Source of the DNA: Saprolegnia diclina VS20 | Lineage: Eukaryota | Assembly: GCF_000281045.1 (NCBI RefSeq) | Contig: NW_008246118.1 | Span: forward strand, 129,850 to 193,849 | Reading direction: 5' to 3' | DNA length: 64,000 nt | Shown: positions 10,602 through 20,708 of the stretch, piece by piece | How the letters are laid out: every line of letters starts with the position of its first letter | Numbering within the stretch: the stretch's first letter is position 1 | Notes under the pieces: generated by a model | Database searches by the model: none | Told to the model about the DNA's origin: nothing | The model's input: only the letters and a program-made list of their open reading frames with translations | Position numbers and translations under genes: made by a program

Positions 10602-12163
10602 ATGGACCCGGTGGCGACGACGGTGCCTGGTCTTAGCTTTGCGACAGACCTCCTCTTCAACCTCGACGCAGTGCGCAAGGCGTGTGGCAGCGGCCTCTCG
10701 ACGCACCAAGGGCTACTGAGTCTCCTCAAGGGCCGCGTGCAGCTCGAATTGCACTACGCCGCCGAGCTCACGCGGCTCGCCGACCAGTTCAAGGTCGACC
10801 AAGACATGGCCGATCTGCACCCTTCGTCGTACGTGAGCTCGCTCAACGCAGCCTTATTGAGCGTCAAGAGCCAGTACGTCAACGCGAGCGTGCAGCACAA
10901 GAGCCTCGCTGCAAGCTTGGACGAGGACGTCTACCGCCCATTGAACGCGCTCTACCAGAGCCTCGCCAAGAAGGAACAGTCGACCACCTCGTGCATGGCC
11001 CGCGTCCGCAAGCAGGCCAAGGCGCTGGAAGAGAACTTTCGCAAGCAGCACGCAAAGATGGACAAGACGTTCAAGGAGGCGACAATGACGTATGCGCAAG
11101 CTCTCGAAGCTGGCATCGCGCCGCGTGTCATCCAAGAGCAGGTGGGCAACGAGAGCAGCAGCAGCAACAATGCACTAGAAGACAGCACTTCGTTTCTCGG
11201 CGAACTCTTCCCCAAGCGGCGACCGACGACCACGATAGCCTCGCGCAACGCAAGCATCGATAGCGTCAAGCTCGTGAGCTGGCTGCTGCCCAACGAGCAC
11301 CAAAAGAAAGAGAGCCTCGCGGTCGCCGCTGCCCGCGCGGTCGAGGTAACTACGTTTCCATCATCCTCGTTACATAGATCCATCTTGCTCGCAAGCATTT
11401 CTCACATGTTTTGTCTGTACAGAGCGCCGAAGCCGCCCGCTTCGAGTGTCGACAAGCGTATGCTGGTTTCGAAGATGCACGTGTTGCCTTGTACCGGTCA
11501 ACGCAGTCGATCCTGAACGACTACCAGGTTCTTGGCACTGGCCTTTCCGAGTTTGCACTTACCTCTGTATTTTGCATTAGACCATCTCGGAGCAGCGTAG
11601 CACACAGCTTTCGACGAGTTTGCGCAAGCACATTGTCTTCGAATCGGCGACCCTCGCCAACCTGCAGGTACTCGTCGCCAAGCTACGAGCTGTGTGTACA
11701 AGTCGACATATAGTACGACTGGCAAATGGTGGCCAAGCCGCTGGAAGCGGTCGACGTCGACGCCGACCTTCGGGCGTTCATTCTGCACAACTACCGTCCT
11801 ATCGTGCCGCACATGACGATCGCGGACCTCTGCACGACCGAGACGCCGCTGCCGCACCCGCCGCGCACGAAAGCGTTTGGTCTTCACGACGTGACACTGC
11901 GACGGTATCCGCTCGACACGTGTGGCAACCGGCAGTCGGTCTACGGCTGGCTCGTCACGCGCGACCAGAGCATCTACGCGAACGACGCCAAGCCCGCGGT
12001 CGTGCCCGTCGTATCGTCGCATGCCGTCGCCAAGGCCGTCCAAGCTGCGCTCGCCTGCATCATCGCGAGTGTTTCCAAGCCTGAAGACACGGCGGTGCCC
12101 GACGACAAGCGCGACGACGACGACCGAGAGTCCTCCGAGAGCACGCACAGCACGGAGTGCTAA
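10602..12163 (+). CDS. F-BAR/FCH-domain protein, 3 predicted introns
   Basis: LSFATDLLFNLDAVRKACGSG...LLKGRVQLELHYAAELTRLA (FCH signature), helical coiled coil, and VDVDADLRAFI at the F-BAR end. Confidence 0.8.
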
Positions 12164-12651
12164 GTGCCTACGACTTGAAACACGAGCAAGTTGACAGTCC
12201 TATGGAACGCTCGCACCATTGGCGGGCTCGGGAGTACTGGACATAGCCGAGCTGTGGGCACAGCCCAAGGAAGCTCGCAGCGTTGGCATCATGGGTGACT
12301 TCTATATCGGCTGCTACTCAGAGGCTATATGGGCTGCTCCAGGTCTGCTACTTTACTGGAGCAGAGGTCCGTGCAGCATGTTCTCTGGCTACTTGGGCAC
12401 GGCGCTGCCTGTAGCCGTCGTAGCGGGCCGCGTAGGGCGCATCAGGGTCGGGCGACCCATGGGTGAGGCCATGACGAAGCTCTCTCGAGCATGCGAGGGC
12501 CCATGCCCGGCGAGGGTCCAAGGCCGGGCGGCGGTTGTGATCATGGTCAGATCCGTTCCCCAGAGAACACCCCGATCTTACCGAAATCATCCGGATAACG
12601 AGCCTATCGTCTCTTGCATCATCCGAGCGTCGTCATCGGCAAGAGAGTGAG

Positions 12652-14094
12652 ATGCCAAGCAACCAAGCTGAGCTCGACGCCGACGAGTGTGAGATCGCGG
12701 GCGACGTCGACCTCTACGTCAGGTATGCCCACTGAGCGCGTGCATGGTATGGCGGCTAACGCAGGCGGCGCAGCGACGACGGAACGATCGCCGAGGCGAA
12801 GCGCCAGCCGCGCGTCGTCGTGCTCGAGCGCCAGCTCTCGGCCAGCGAAAAGGTCGGTTGATGCCAACGACGACGCTGACATTGCAGTGGCTAGGAGCTC
12901 CAGCAGGCGGCCGAGTATGGCATGCAACTGCTACACGCGAACGACGAGCTTCAAGCGACCATCTCGCGGTAGCCATCAACTGTCGACTCGTCGCGCGTCA
13001 TGTTCGCCTGTTCTAGGCTGCATGTGGAGCACGACACAAGCGCCAATGAGCTCCAAGGCGAGCTGCGCGCACTCCAGCGCCACTTGCTCGGCGTCCAAAG
13101 CGAGCGCGACAGTTGGAAGCAGTACGCTCTTCGACGCCATCGCGATCTTTCAAGCCGACACTGCTGTATGTAGAAAATACATTGAGCTGGACGAAGCAGT
13201 GTCAGCGTCGTCGTTCGAGCCAGCGCCGACCACGGCCTCGTTCGTCGACGATCAAGTCACCGCGCAGCTGGCGGCCACTGTTTCGACGCTCGAAGCGACC
13301 GAGCAGGACCTCGCGGCGCTCATCGTCGAGAACGACCGCCTCCGCGCCCAGCTCTCGAGCGCGCGCGCCGAGACACGGGAAGCGCACGAGCAGCTGCGTG
13401 TCCACGCCAAGCTCGGAAGCGACTCGGCCGAGGCGCTGCAAGACTATCGGCGCGACATGAACGACCAGCTCCATGCTGCCAACACCAAGATCAAGTGGCT
13501 GCAGCAGCTCTTGGACGCTCGGTACATCCTCGACTCGCTGTACCTGCAATCAGAACTGATTGCATTTCATCTTGTAGCGACCAAGTCGAGAGTCAGCTGC
13601 ACCAAAAGATCAATGTAAGCGTGTACGACGCCAAGCACTCCAACATCGTTACGACGTAGGACTTGACGCTCGAGGTCGAAGCGAGCTCGACCGAGTTCGA
13701 GTCCAAGGCCAATCTCATGCAGTCGATGCTGCAAAAGTGCGCGCGCCTCGAGAAGGAGCTCAGCGTCTTTGAGCAGGTCATGTCCAACCAGCTCTCGCCC
13801 GTGTACACGTCGTCGCACGAAGCAATGCTCGAGGCGGCGTCGTTTGACCGGCTCCAGAATTTCTTCAACCTGACCGCGCTCGGCATCGTGCTCGAGATGC
13901 ACGCGGAAGAGTACTACCTCGACACGTCGTCGCGCAAGATGTTTGAGATCTGGTTTCAACAAGTGCTCGCGTCCGACCTACCGTTCCAGAAGTGGGCGTC
14001 GTGGCTCACGCACCGCATTTCGAACCACATGATCGCCACGTCGCCATCGTCCAACTCGCCAAGGTACAGCCGCCTCTTGCTCAACGTGCTATAG
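12652..14094 (+). CDS. Multi-exon coiled-coil protein with CC1-box (AAEYG), candidate dynein cargo adaptor
   Basis: Spliced reading MPSNQAELDADEC...VVVLERQLSASEK|ELQQAAEYGMQLLHANDELQ followed by long heptad-rich exons. Stop at 14092-14094. Confidence 0.65.
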
Positions 14095-15358
14095 AATATA
14101 CGTGTGGTCATCGATACCTTGGTGTACGTAGCAAAGGGAGAAGCTTCTCGACCGCATCGTTCGGAAAAGCCATTACGACCAGCCTCTCGACCGTCCTCTT
14201 CAACGCGACCAAAAAATAACACTAGTGTAGTATGTGGCCGTCAGAGCAGACACCGTCTGTGGAGTAGCAAGGGCATATTCGAGATGCTTATATACCCTTA
14301 ATAGTTTGTAGCCCATCGCGTCGACCACCGACGCCTGTCCTGCGCGGGTTAGGGCGGGCTAGGGTTGGCGTTGGTGGCACACGACAGTGCAAGTGGAGCC
14401 TGACCCGTTGCGATCAGGAGGGCAGTCAAAGCTGCGCCCGCATCGTATCAATGTGCATGATGAGCGATCTGCACGCAGCCCGAGAGATCGTCCAAGGCTG
14501 CCATCCAATACGATCTACAGTATCCCGAGTGCACCACTAATGTGATGACTGTAGATTCACACGTGTGCCCGCCGGTCTTGTCAAGATGCAGATGGCACTC
14601 CGGATCGGCCCTCCAACTGGTGCTGAGCCCAGCGGCGCACTGGTCACTGCAGCTAGCTGGCAGCTTCCTCGTCAGGACTGACGATTACGCCATGCCGAGC
14701 ATCCATGGACAAGTTTTGCGACGCTTGAGTCTGCGACCTCGGCACAATTTTCAATTTCCAAGTCGCCAGCGCCGTCCATTCCGACCTCTCGTCGGCCAGG
14801 CGGGGGGACAGTATACTTTCTTCCAGTCCAATGACATGGCGTGCGTGGCGCTCGCCTCCGCAGCGCTGCATCACATGCTACACGCAATGGTCGTCTGGAG
14901 AGCGATTGGCTCTATTCCAACGCTCCGCTTGGCGTTTCTGCCCATTTTCACACACACATTTCGTCCGTCGAAGTCATACGACCGCATGTCCATGTCCGAT
15001 GAGTCCTACGTACGCTCTCTCTACCTTCAATCGCACCTGTCATTCGCTTGTGCTCTGTATATCGTTATACAAAGTCAAGGCTGGGCCCAGTCAAGGCCGC
15101 TGGGCCTTCTTCCAGCGACTTCTCTGCAGGACGGCCACCATGCTCTGCGCGGCAGGAGCTGCGGCCGCTTGTCGCGGGAAGGTACATCTGGTCGCCTCGG
15201 CGTTTGATTGGCGCAAAAGTGTATCCTACGGATACGCCGTGTAAGTCACGTCCTGGTGCTGGGTATTGCATTTTATTCCGCCCACATTAAAAATAGCTTG
15301 GTGTTTGTATTTAAGCGAGTAGCAAGGAATAAAATAAAGGCTTCCGATAGAACAGTAG

Positions 15359-15399
15359 CCAATAGAAAGGCCAATAAGAAATGGCATTTTCAGTTTGCA
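15359..15399 (+). promoter_or_regulatory. CCAAT boxes plus oomycete Inr/FPR core promoter of GH72
   Basis: CCAAT at 15359 and 15371. GCATTTTCAGTTTGC at 15384-15398, about 20-35 nt before ATG 15418. Confidence 0.6.
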
Positions 15400-15417
15400 C
15401 TTCGACATCGGAGTACC

Positions 15418-17061
15418 ATGCGCATCGCGACGCTCCTCGTGCTGCTGCCGGCGCTCGCCGTGAACCTCGCGTCCGCGCTCGCGCCCATCATCGTGCGCGG
15501 CAACTACATGTACAACTCGGAGACGGGCGACCGCTTCTTCATGCGTGGCATGACGTACGAGTACGACGTGAGCGACGACAACTACGCGACCAAGTCCAAG
15601 GCCGCGATCGCGCGCGCGGTGACCGACTTTAACGGGACGCTCAACACGCTGCGCATCTACAACGTCAACCCGGAGAAGAGCTACAAGGACTTTATGGCGG
15701 ATATGGAGGCCGAGGGCATCTACGTCATGGTGGCCGCGTCGCCCTCGAACGTCGACTACTTTGGCTCGTACATGTACTCGACGATCACAAAGAACCTCGC
15801 GGCCGACACCATGCCCATGTCGTGCTACCCGTCGTACTTGCTCAACTATGGCAAGCGCATCGCGCTCGCCTTCTCGCAGTACAACAACACGCTGGGCATG
15901 ATTATGGCCAACGAGGTCATGCAAAGCTCGCTGCGCCCCGCGGCGTGCGTCAAGCAGTACATTGCCGACGTCAAGAACTGGATGCGCGCCAAGTCGACCA
16001 ACATGCGCGTGCTTCCGCTCGCATATGCGGCCGCCGACAGCTCGTACTCGGGCCTTCAGGACGACACGGAGAAGCCAGCGGTCTCGCCGGCCGCGGATGA
16101 GTACGCGGTCATCAAGATCCAAGGTCTTCTCTGCGGCGACAAGATGATTGAAGGTGTCATGCAGCAGAGTATCGACATTTACCTCATCAACGAGTACCGC
16201 TGGTGCAACAGCAACAACTTTGGCAACTCGTACCAGCGCCTCCTCAACCTCGCGAAAGGGGTCCCGATCGTCATGGCGCTCGGCGAGTACGGCTGCGACC
16301 TCATCAACCCGCGCAAGTTTGACATGATCCCGTACCTCTTTGACGACTCCAAGACGTCGAATGGCTTTACGGATGTCTACTCGGGCGGCTTTGCCTACTC
16401 GTTTGGCGAAGCGTCGTTGCCCAAGGGCTCCAACTTCCCCCTCTTCACCGGCGGCGACGTGTCCATCTCGGGCAAGCCCGGCACGACCGCGACGCCGTCG
16501 TACGCCAACCTCCTCTCGCAGTTCAAGGCCAACCCGACCGCGGGCTTCACCAAGGCGGCGTGGAAGTCGGACGACAAGTGCGGCTGGGTGCCCACGCTCG
16601 CGACGAGCGTCGACACGAGCAATGCGCGTGCCGCGTCGGGCTGGATCCAGCCGACGTGCGACAAGATCAAGGTCATCTCGACCGACACGTGGACGACCGT
16701 GACGCGCGAAGGCATGATCTGCAACAACCAGGGCGGGACGTGCGACGTGCCGGTGCCGGCCGCAGCCGCGGGCATCCCGACGCAGAAGCTCATTTGCAAC
16801 CGCGCCGAGAACGTGACATCTGGCGGCTTCTCGTGCGTGACCAAGGGCGACTGCAAGTTCGGCGCGTGCACGAATGGCAAGTGCGTCTGCCGAGCGTGCT
16901 ACTCGGGCCCGACCTGCGCGATCGCGGTCGCGGGCTGCACGCCGGGCTCGGGCCCTAACGGCGGCGGCACCACGGACGGTGGCGCCACGGGCAGCGGCGC
17001 CAGCGCCCTCCATGGCGCCATCTCGGTCGCCCTCATCCTCGCCACGGTCCTCGCCATGTGA
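15418..17061 (+). CDS. GH72 beta-1,3-glucanosyltransferase (Gas/Gel-like) with signal peptide, Cys-rich EGF-like module and probable GPI signal
   Basis: PIIVRGN, RFFMRGMTY, NTLRIYNV, ANEV (acid/base), INEYRWC, GEYGC (nucleophile), SGGFAYSF. Hydrophobic N- and C-termini. Confidence 0.93.
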   Translation: MRIATLLVLLPALAVNLASALAPIIVRGNYMYNSETGDRFFMRGMTYEYDVSDDNYATKSKAAIARAVTDFNGTLNTLRIYNVNPEKSYKDFMADMEAEGIYVMVAASPSNVDYFGSYMYSTITKNLAADTMPMSCYPSYLLNYGKRIALAFSQYNNTLGMIMANEVMQSSLRPAACVKQYIADVKNWMRAKSTNMRVLPLAYAAADSSYSGLQDDTEKPAVSPAADEYAVIKIQGLLCGDKMIEGVMQQSIDIYLINEYRWCNSNNFGNSYQRLLNLAKGVPIVMALGEYGCDLINPRKFDMIPYLFDDSKTSNGFTDVYSGGFAYSFGEASLPKGSNFPLFTGGDVSISGKPGTTATPSYANLLSQFKANPTAGFTKAAWKSDDKCGWVPTLATSVDTSNARAASGWIQPTCDKIKVISTDTWTTVTREGMICNNQGGTCDVPVPAAAAGIPTQKLICNRAENVTSGGFSCVTKGDCKFGACTNGKCVCRACYSGPTCAIAVAGCTPGSGPNGGGTTDGGATGSGASALHGAISVALILATVLAM

Positions 17062-17187
17062 ACACCCCTCTAGTCATTCACTTGATCGTAACACAAAGGT
17101 CGCTTTTTGATGCAATTTATTCTGGCTTTTTTGGTGTTTAGTCGGTGGCAACGGGCAACAACTAACTAAACCTGCACGGTTTCAGCC

Positions 17188-18465
17188 ATGTACGCGAGCA
17201 TGGTCGACCCAGCGCTCGAGTTCCCCTTCGATCCCTTCCGAGAGCTCTACAAGGACGACGTCGACCTGGCGTGGCCCGAGTACCCGTACAAGCACGTACG
17301 ATATCGTCGTCGTCTTCTGAAGCATCCTACTTGGAGCGACCTAGCGCGAGCTGCACAAGGTACAGGACCGCGTCCCGGGCTGCACGCGGCTGCAAGCGGC
17401 CGGCGCGCTTCTCGTCGGTCGGGGCGACGCGGCCAAAGCGATCGCGTCCTTCGCCCTCTTCCTCGACCGGGACGAGCTCCAGACGCGCTTTGAAGCCGAG
17501 CGGTCCGCGTTCGCCGCCGCCAAGAAGGCGTAGGTCTCTGGACCGTCGAGGGCTTCGAGGCTAGATAACGATAGGTATATTCTCGAGACGACTGCGCGCG
17601 TTCGGCAGCAGCTGGAGGCAGCGGCCAAGCGCGACGCGCTCGCGGCCGACGTCGCCAAGGACGCAGCCTTCCGCTCGTCGATCAAGGCCATTCGGTACGC
17701 CAACGGTACGACGACTCGACAGTGTTGGCAGTTGAAGCTCATGGCAGCGCCAGGCGACAAGTACGAAGGCCAAGTGCTTGTGCGCGATGGCGTCATGGTG
17801 CCCCATGGCACTGTACGTCGTCCGAGAGTACGACTCGGTCGCTACAGGCGTCAAGTAGGGTACGATGCTCGTGCGCGACTTGACAAAAGACCGCCTCCAG
17901 CACCACAGCGCGCCCAAGTACACGGGTCGGATTCCGATTCTCTCCAAGTGCTCATACCTGCTTAGGCGACTGGCGGCATGGGCTCCATCACGGCAAGGGA
18001 CGCTACTACTGGGACGACAAGACGAGCTGGGAGGGCAGCTTTCTCGCTGACGAAATGCATGGCAAGGGCCTCTTCTACCCAGCGCCCGACCCCGACGACG
18101 ACGACAATGACGTTGATGGCCACGTCGCGGTCGGCCGCGTCCGGTTCTACTACAAGGGACGACACGTGTGCTGGGGCGACGGTACGTCGTCCTGCGGTGC
18201 TTCCCCATTAGAGCGGACCATAGACCTCGTCGCGAACGCCCGCCTGCGCATCCATCAAGCCCAAGGCGCGTCGCACTCGGCGACGATGATGTTCCGGTCG
18301 CAGCCGCCGCGGGAGCCGCCGCTCGAAGGCTCGGTCGTCGCGTACAACCCGACATTGGACCAGCACTGCCTCCGTCTGAGCGATGCGTCCGAGCGCTGGC
18401 TGTGCCTCAGCGGCGTCGACATGGAGCTTGTTAGCGCCCGCCCCATTGGCCCGTACATTGGCTAG
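17188..18465 (+). CDS. Multi-exon hypothetical protein with MORN-like repeats
   Basis: Spliced segments YAN-GDKYEGQV...PHGT-GTM, KYT-GDWRHGLHHGKGT and MHGKGLF resemble MORN units. Several short GT-AG introns; the exact model is uncertain. Confidence 0.6.
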
Positions 18466-18494
18466 CACACAGTATATATTCAACACAGCAATCT

Positions 18495-19838
18495 CTAGCT
18501 CGCGCTCGGCGGCTTTTGGTGAAAGTCGACGAGCTCGACAAACTGGTCGAGGCTGCTCAGGAGCAGGTCTTCGTGCTGCATGTTGGAGAGGAGGCGCATG
18601 GACGCAGCTTCAAAGCGCCGGTACGCGTTGCGGTACGCAGAGAGAATCGAGTCGGTGAACGCGCCGACTTGGTAGTTGTCGCCGACGTCGGTCTCCATGC
18701 GGGGCACCGCAAGCATCGACGCACTCAGCGCGGGCTCGTGCGGCAAGACGCTCTCGAGGAGGAGCTCGTCCGGCGACGGGCTCGCAAGCAAAGGCGGCGT
18801 CTGCGTCAGCGGCGTCGAGATCTCGGTGAAAAACTGCAGCGTCGAGCCGCCGTCCGCCGTTTGCTCGACGATCGCCCTACGACAAGGCAATAGTAAGCCA
18901 AAGCGTCCTTATATCGTGGCCGTCGTACCATCCCGAGCCGTTGAAAGTGATCGCAAGCGGGTCGAACGGCAGGAGCGCGTCTTCGATGATGTTGCGCCAC
19001 ACCACAATCTCCCGCGTCTCTTCGATGAAGCGCTTGATGACGAGGCGGGACTCGGCGACCGTGCCAGGGCTGATCTGCCACCGACTCTTCATGTACACCA
19101 TGTTGTCTTCGGGTGACCCGAGGTTCTACTTCCATGTCAGCAACGGCACGCGCCATGATGCAGGATGACCTCAAAGCTGTCGCTGCCACTCGCCGCGTCG
19201 TTGACGTGGTCGGCGTTGAGGAAGCTCCAGATCGCGTGGCCGAGCATGCGGAAGGGAACATGTGCGAACGCGAGGCGGTTGAAGCTCTCGATGACGATCC
19301 CGGGACGCACGCCGTCGTCGAGGTACTTGACGGTTGTCGACTTGACGGTGTGGGTTTCCTGCAGCTGCCGCTGGAGGTACAGGTTGAGGACCTTGTTGTA
19401 CTCGCGGTCGGCGATCGCGGTGAACGCAGTCGCACGCTCGGTCGCGTCGGCCACGAGCTTGAACTCTTGCCAGTTGCTGTCCTTCGTCGTCGGCAGCTGC
19501 AGTACTTTGGGCCGCTTCTGAACGATGCCGGCGAGCGTCTCGGCGAACGCGAGCTCGTCTTGAAGCGCAGCCTTGAGCCGAGCATTCTCCATGATCGCGA
19601 GCTGCATCTGGAGCTGCTGCTCCTTGGCCATGTCCTGCCACTGCGCGCCGGCGAGGACGGTCTCGGTCTGCATCGAGCCGAGGATCGCCATCTGCTTCTC
19701 CATCTCCTCGACCTTCTTGCGGAGGTAGTCGAGCTCGAGCTTCTGGTGGTTGACGTACTTGCGCTTCCGCGGCTGGCTCTCGTCGGCCGGCGGCGCGAGA
19801 AGCGCCTCCATCGTAGTACTCTCGAGCTCGTCCGCCAT
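18495..19838 (-). CDS. M96 mating-specific-like protein (basic/leucine-zipper-like N-terminus plus START-like domain), 2 introns
   Basis: RKRKYVNHQKLELDYLRKKVEEMEKQM, WQDMAKEQ, ENARLKAALQDE, RLVIKRFIEETREIVVWR are typical of this expanded oomycete family. Confidence 0.75.
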
Positions 19839-20708
19839 GCAAGACATCAGCACGATTACGTTATGAAGGACGCCGGTGTTCCGCATCGCGCCCATTGGTC
19901 AATTATCGCGTGCATGGTGCAAGACCATTGGCTGAAATCAGAAATAGTCGCCTTTCTCGCCGTGGTCGCGGCCTGCTTGAACAACGACGTCGACGACGAC
20001 GCTAGTCCACGCGCCCAGTCATCCGACCGGCGCACGTCGCAGCGAACGAGGCCGTCGACCAGGCATTCCCGTGTCTCTGGCTCGCTTTTGATGTTTTCTA
20101 TGATTGAGACAGCTTTGATAAAGTGCCGAGACAGGCGTGTTGACGGAAACGGCAAGGTGGGCACGAGGTTGAGTCACGACCTCGCCGTGTACTGTGTCGC
20201 ACACGCTGCCCACTGAACGATGGCGCGTGCGACGCGCAGGAACGCATCGCAGCAGCGACGGGAGCAGCGCTCGCTACGGTTGCCACGGCCTCGTCGACCA
20301 TCAACTGGCCGCGACGTCCGCGGCGAAGAAAAGGTCCAGCGCAGCGCTCCAGCGGGGCGATGCCTCTGTTCCTTCACAGCGCTTGCATGATACATCGGCG
20401 ATCTCGCCAAGGACCAGAGCGGGTCGATCGCCCGTGCTCCACAAGCAACGTAGCGGGCGCCGCTTGTTGCACTTCTTTCGTGACGATGGCAATTAGGGAT
20501 TAGGGGACGACTGCAAACACAACCCTCGAGCACTCTGAAGACTGGTAAGAGGATTTGGCTACGAGAATCAAGCCCACCAACACGGCAGCATCTTCAGCGC
20601 ATCAAGAAGGACCACCAGGAGGCCAGAGGTCGCTCGCAACACACGTCCAATGTACGAAAGGTGCGCCAAGGATGGCCGCAATAAGATTAGAGTACAGGAT
20701 AAGAAATT

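Noticed and set aside
12219..12620. Possible decayed ankyrin-like fragment (GCYSEAIWAA; VLWLLGHG)
   Set aside because: Only a few residues match and they lie in different frames; not supportable.
14346..14368. TTAGGG-like words (also ~20492 and ~43456)
   Set aside because: One or two degenerate units only; not a telomeric array.
14542..15207. 221-aa ORF upstream of GH72 and the in-frame GH72 5' extension from 15208
   Set aside because: No coding bias. The Inr and signal peptide place the true start at 15418.
15226..17013. Long antisense or alternate-frame ORFs (e.g. 595 aa here, 510 aa at 21969-23501, 424 aa at 49011-50285)
   Set aside because: Shadow ORFs of GC3-rich genes: Arg/Ala-rich, no motifs, exactly overlapping real genes.
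17145..17160. X-box-like GTGGCAACGGGCAAC upstream of the MORN-like gene
   Set aside because: Imperfect single match, and RFX factors are not expected in stramenopiles.
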